IMG/VR virus record: IMGVR_UViG_3300042691_043547
Span: 5,422-69,421 of that record
Strand: one strand, 5' to 3'
Source of the DNA: a virus
Length of the DNA stretch: 64,000 nt
Below, one piece after another: positions 60,075 to 64,000 of the stretch (the stretch's first letter is position 1; each line of letters starts with the position of its first letter). Below the pieces are notes generated by a model. The model was not told the origin of the DNA, made no database searches, and saw nothing but the letters and a program-made list of their open reading frames with translations. Made by a program: the position numbers and the translations under genes.

Positions 60075-62033
60075 TTAGGCCAAGCCACTACCGAGACCGC
60101 TACCGCCGCCACCACCACCGCCGCCACCCGCCGTGCCGACCCGCACCAGAGACACCTTCGACTGCCAGTAGATGGTCTTGTTGGCCTCGCCTGTGCAGCT
60201 GATTTTCAAGGCGTTGTTCGCCGTGTCGGCTGTTGCCGTCGCCGCCCAGTTCGCTGCCCCCGTGTCGCGGGCATCGATGTCCTGCGAGGTCGATCCGACC
60301 ATCGAGGTCGTGCCGCCCGAAGAACGCTTGATGACCCCGGTAAAACGGGTCGCAAAGCTGTCACCTACCGTACCCGAGATGCCACCCGTCTGGGTGCCCA
60401 AAACCCTGGCTTCGTAATACCAGGCTTCGCCATTGGACAGACTCATGCGGGTGCTGGAGCCGTCGATGAATAGATCGACCGGAGTGGCCGAGGACGAGGT
60501 GTTGTAGGGGAACAGGTCGGTGTTCTTGGAGTTGTTGGTGCCGATCCAGCGGTCAAACTGGCGGACGGGCGTGCCGGAAGCCCCGATGCCGACATAGTTG
60601 TTCACCGACGGCGTGATCTGGCTGACCACGATCCCGGAAGCGAAGGTCTTGATCCCGTTGACCGTCTGGGTCGTGTTCAGCGTGACATAGGTCGAGGAAA
60701 GGTCGGGGATGTCCGACGCCGACAGCGAACCGGAGGACAGGTTGGTGCCGTCGCTCTTGAGGATGCCCGAGGCGAACGCCGTCTGGCCCGTACCACCGTT
60801 GGCGATGGGCAGCGTGCCGGTGACAGCCGAGGTGCTGGCGAGGTTGATGGCCCCGAAGGCGGGCGCACCACCACCGGATGGAACGCGCAGCACTTGGTTG
60901 GCAGTTCCTGCGACGGTCGCTTGGACGGCCGAGGTGCCGTTGCCCAGCAGGACGCCGTTGCTGGTGAGCGTGTTGGCTCCGGTGCCACCGTTGCTGACGC
61001 CTAGTGTGCCCGAGATATCAGAAGCTGGCACAGTCGAGGAGGCCGTGAGGGCGCTGGCCCCGTTGCCTTTCAGGTAGCCCGTCAACGTGGAGAGGATCGG
61101 AGCAGCCGAGAAAGTCTTGATGCCCGAGATCGTCTGGTTGCCCGACAGGGTCACATAGGTGGCCGACAGGTCGGGGATATCGCCGGAGGTGAGGGTGGCG
61201 TAGCTCAGGCTGGTGCCGTTGCCCTTGAGGAAGCCCGTGCCGACCGTGGTCAGGCCGGTGCCACCATTGGTCGTCGTGACAGGGGTGATCAGCGCAATCG
61301 TGTTGCCCGACTTGGTCAGGCCGGTCCCGGCGGTGATCTGGCCCGCGCCGGAGAACTGCGACCATGTCAGAGCGGTGGTGCCCAGCACATAAGTGCCAGC
61401 CGGTTGTTGCAGCACCCAGCCCGTGGTGGCGTAGGTATTGCCCTCTTCGACGAAGACAAAGGCGCCGCCGTTGAGCTTGGTGACGCTGTCGGCATCGGTG
61501 GCCCGCGTCATGGCCGAGGCGGCACCGTTCCAGACATAGATGCCGTTCTGGCTGGCTGTAGACTGATCCTTCACCAGCACCCGGTCGCCCGACACCATGG
61601 TGACGCCATCAATTGTGCCACCAGGCGAGGACAGGTTCAGGTTGGTTGTCGTAGCGACATGGACGGAGTTCTTCGGGTCCAGCCCCTGGCTGACGCTATC
61701 GACATAGTCCTTGTTAGCCGCATCGGTAGCGTTGGTGGGGGTGGCCAGGTTGATGATCTTCTGGCTGTTCAGGTTGACCGATGCGGTCGGCACCGCCATC
61801 TGATCCAGCCTGCTCGTCCTCACCTGCGTGTCGAAGTCGCTGATCTTGGACGCAGTCAACGTCGGGATGTCGGAGGCGATCAGGCTGATGAAGCTGAGCG
61901 TACCCGTGCCATTCGTGGACAGCAGCTGGCGGTTCGATCCGTCTGCGGACGGCAGGACAAGCGTGGTGGAGCCGCTGGAAGGGGCGCGGAGCGTGATAGA
62001 CCCGGATGGACTCTTATCAAAATTAATTGGCAC
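60075..62033 (-). CDS. tail fibre protein
   Basis: DAANKDYVD, GDRVLVKDQ..QNGIY, GGTG repeats, QTI.G.KTF. Confidence 0.82.
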   Translation of the reverse strand: MPINFDKSPSGSITLRAPSSGSTTLVLPSADGSNRQLLSTNGTGTLSFISLIASDIPTLTASKISDFDTQVRTSRLDQMAVPTASVNLNSQKIINLATPTNATDAANKDYVDSVSQGLDPKNSVHVATTTNLNLSSPGGTIDGVTMVSGDRVLVKDQSTASQNGIYVWNGAASAMTRATDADSVTKLNGGAFVFVEEGNTYATTGWVLQQPAGTYVLGTTALTWSQFSGAGQITAGTGLTKSGNTIALITPVTTTNGGTGLTTVGTGFLKGNGTSLSYATLTSGDIPDLSATYVTLSGNQTISGIKTFSAAPILSTLTGYLKGNGASALTASSTVPASDISGTLGVSNGGTGANTLTSNGVLLGNGTSAVQATVAGTANQVLRVPSGGGAPAFGAINLASTSAVTGTLPIANGGTGQTAFASGILKSDGTNLSSGSLSASDIPDLSSTYVTLNTTQTVNGIKTFASGIVVSQITPSVNNYVGIGASGTPVRQFDRWIGTNNSKNTDLFPYNTSSSATPVDLFIDGSSTRMSLSNGEAWYYEARVLGTQTGGISGTVGDSFATRFTGVIKRSSGGTTSMVGSTSQDIDARDTGAANWAATATADTANNALKISCTGEANKTIYWQSKVSLVRVGTAGGGGGGGGGSGLGSGLA

Positions 62034-63588
62034 GGCGCACCTCGACTGTCTTGACGGCGGCCACCCAACGGATGGACTTGGAGGACTCGCCGGTTACCAC
62101 AATGCTGATCGCCCCATTGGTCGTGTCCGTACTGACGGAAACATCCCAGGGGACTTCGGACTTGGATATGCTGGTTTTGCTGACGCCGCCGATGAGGATG
62201 TCTACCGTTGCCGCCCCGGTATTCCGGAAGGCGACCCCCTCAAAGCGGAACGCCGCCCTCTCCCCGATAGCATCTTCGCGCTGTGCGCTGACAAGAATAT
62301 CAAAGAGATAGGTTGCGTTATCAGGCATTATCACCTGATTACTGCCAGTCACCGCCTGCCCGTCCGTGGTCAACTTTTCCGGGGTGGCCGACTGGGTCAG
62401 CTTGTGGACAACATAGAGGCCGCACCGCGTGTTCGTTGAGCCGGTCAGGAGCGGCCCCTGCACTCGCAAGTCCGATCCATCTGTAAATACACCTGTGGCT
62501 CCCGCCAGAAACCCCGAGGCGGCATATTGCACGGCCCCGTCGGCTCCCTGCGCCCCGGATGCCCCGGCGCTGCCTCCCGACACGACCCATCTCGACACAG
62601 TCGAGTCATAAACCAAGTCCAGGCTTGTGTTTGGGGGAACCTGCAAGGTCGAACCGTTGGCCGCATTGCCCGTCAGACGGAGCCGGTTGGAGGCGGTGCT
62701 GAGGTTCCCCTCCTGGAGAATGGCCAGGTTGGCGGTGCCGACATTGAACAGGCTCACCTTCCGACCATCGACATGTGCGCCACCGGAGGGAGGGGCGATG
62801 CCGGTCAGGGTGCTGGTGGCAGTGACAGACAGCCGGACATACGACGCTGCGCCGATGGCGAGATCGTTGGCGTTGCCGCCCGCCAATGTCAGGGTGGATG
62901 ACGGCGACGAGAAGGAGCCGCCCCCCGACGCCCCGTTGGTGACCTTGAGGATACCCTTGTTGGCCCGCTCAAGGCCCACATCGGGAGCGCCCGAGCCGGA
63001 CAGGGCCAGCGTCGAAATCTTGCTGGGCCAGAGCAGCTTCGGGTTGACGAGGTCAAACGACGAGAAATCGTCCTTGTGGACCCCCTGCGATCCTGTGACG
63101 AACAGGCCGGTGGCGTGGAGGGGGCCATCGATGCCGACAACCGCGCCCGTGGACAGGCTCTTGCCGACATGGACGGAGCAGGCGACCGAGGTGCCGCTCT
63201 TCAGCAGCAACGACTTGCCCGTGCCCGACTCACCCGCCGCCAGGATGGCCGTGTCGGTGTCGAAGGCAAAAAAAGCGTCGGCGCTGGCCGGGGAAGTGCC
63301 ACCGGAGGCGACCAGATAGATGCGCCCGTAGTAGGTGGACGGGTCGCCGCCGGGACCGCCCGCCTTCTTGCCGGGAACCAGCAGGATGTGTCCACCCGCG
63401 CCCGCCGAGGTGCGGGTCGGGCCGATGATGGGCAAAGAGTTGCCGCCCGTGTCCACCGACTGGTCGAGGCCGTTGCGGATCAACTGGAACAGCCGGGAAC
63501 GGTTGGCGGGTCCGCCCGTGATCGTGGAGACCACCCAGTCGCTGTTGGCTGGCGTGGCATCGTTCAGCTGGTCGATTCTTTTGGCCAT
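62023..63588 (-). CDS. tail fibre-related protein
   Basis: Shares modules with the 47944 and 56016 genes, and its C-terminal domain with the 60075 and 63588 genes. Confidence 0.78.
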   Translation of the reverse strand: MAKRIDQLNDATPANSDWVVSTITGGPANRSRLFQLIRNGLDQSVDTGGNSLPIIGPTRTSAGAGGHILLVPGKKAGGPGGDPSTYYGRIYLVASGGTSPASADAFFAFDTDTAILAAGESGTGKSLLLKSGTSVACSVHVGKSLSTGAVVGIDGPLHATGLFVTGSQGVHKDDFSSFDLVNPKLLWPSKISTLALSGSGAPDVGLERANKGILKVTNGASGGGSFSSPSSTLTLAGGNANDLAIGAASYVRLSVTATSTLTGIAPPSGGAHVDGRKVSLFNVGTANLAILQEGNLSTASNRLRLTGNAANGSTLQVPPNTSLDLVYDSTVSRWVVSGGSAGASGAQGADGAVQYAASGFLAGATGVFTDGSDLRVQGPLLTGSTNTRCGLYVVHKLTQSATPEKLTTDGQAVTGSNQVIMPDNATYLFDILVSAQREDAIGERAAFRFEGVAFRNTGAATVDILIGGVSKTSISKSEVPWDVSVSTDTTNGAISIVVTGESSKSIRWVAAVKTVEVRRAN

Positions 63589-64000
63589 TAGGCGGTCACC
63601 TCCGTGATCTTGGCGGTGGCCACCCAGCGGATCGTCTTAGCCGCCTGGCCGGTGACATTGACAACGAGCCGGCCGTTGGTGGCGTCGGCCACGACATTGC
63701 AGTCCCAGGCATCGGTTGTCTTGGCGACCGTGGTCTTGCCGACGGTGCCGACGATGGCCGTGGTGGCGGCGGTGGCGTCCCGGGAGATGCAGCCGGAGAA
63801 GTGCCAGGCCCCGTGTTCGCCGGTCGTGTCCGTCCTGCGGGCCACGACACTGATGTCGAAGTGGAAGGTGGCGTTGTTCGGCAACACGAAGGTGTTGGAG
63901 TTGCTGGCGGCCGCCCCGTCCAGGCTCAGCTCCGTGGTGGTGGCCGTCGTGGTGGAGAACCGCAAAACGCCGATGCGGTGCTGGGCGTCTCCCGTCGCCG
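63588..64000 (-). CDS. tail fibre-related protein (5'-truncated by window)
   Basis: Frame is open to the window end (..GDAQHRIGVLRFSTT..TEL..DG); C-terminal domain paralogous to its neighbours. Confidence 0.75.
   Translation of the reverse strand, partial: ATGDAQHRIGVLRFSTTTATTTELSLDGAAASNSNTFVLPNNATFHFDISVVARRTDTTGEHGAWHFSGCISRDATAATTAIVGTVGKTTVAKTTDAWDCNVVADATNGRLVVNVTGQAAKTIRWVATAKITEVTA

Noticed and set aside
46675-64000. Diversity-generating retroelement or invertase shufflon acting on fibres or LamG genes
   Set aside because: No reverse transcriptase, no adenine-specific TR/VR pair, no recombinase and no inverted cassettes seen in the window. Repeats differ mostly at synonymous positions.
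1-64000. Stop-codon reassignment
   Set aside because: TAA, TAG and TGA all end genes at sensible overlaps, and code 11 gives dense coverage.

Overview
The window is a 64 kb piece of a large tailed dsDNA phage genome, siphovirus-like (one major tail protein, no sheath gene, very long tape measure protein), read in the standard genetic code. It has two convergent arms that meet at a hairpin terminator near 18.0 kb. The + arm (1-17970) is a replication and modification module: a 5'-nucleotidase, a DNA polymerase III alpha (DnaE) split into two genes without inteins and with a DEDDh proofreading exonuclease between the halves, SSB, PhoH, a large glycosyltransferase/nucleotidyltransferase/kinase-like cluster that contains an ATE/Bpt-like aminoacyl transferase, an endonuclease and a probable ssDNA-annealing protein. 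The - arm (18029-64000) is the virion module: tail tip proteins, a 3864-aa tape measure protein with repeated [FY]AxGG modules and an embedded HExxH domain, putative tail chaperones, major tail and neck proteins, four LamG lectin-like paralogs and several mosaic tail fibres. Several intergenic spacers of the structural arm share a GGTGTA-like motif, often followed by a hairpin over the ribosome binding site. No rRNA, tRNA, CRISPR array, integrase, terminase or capsid gene was recognised. All protein calls come from reading motifs by eye, not from database searches.
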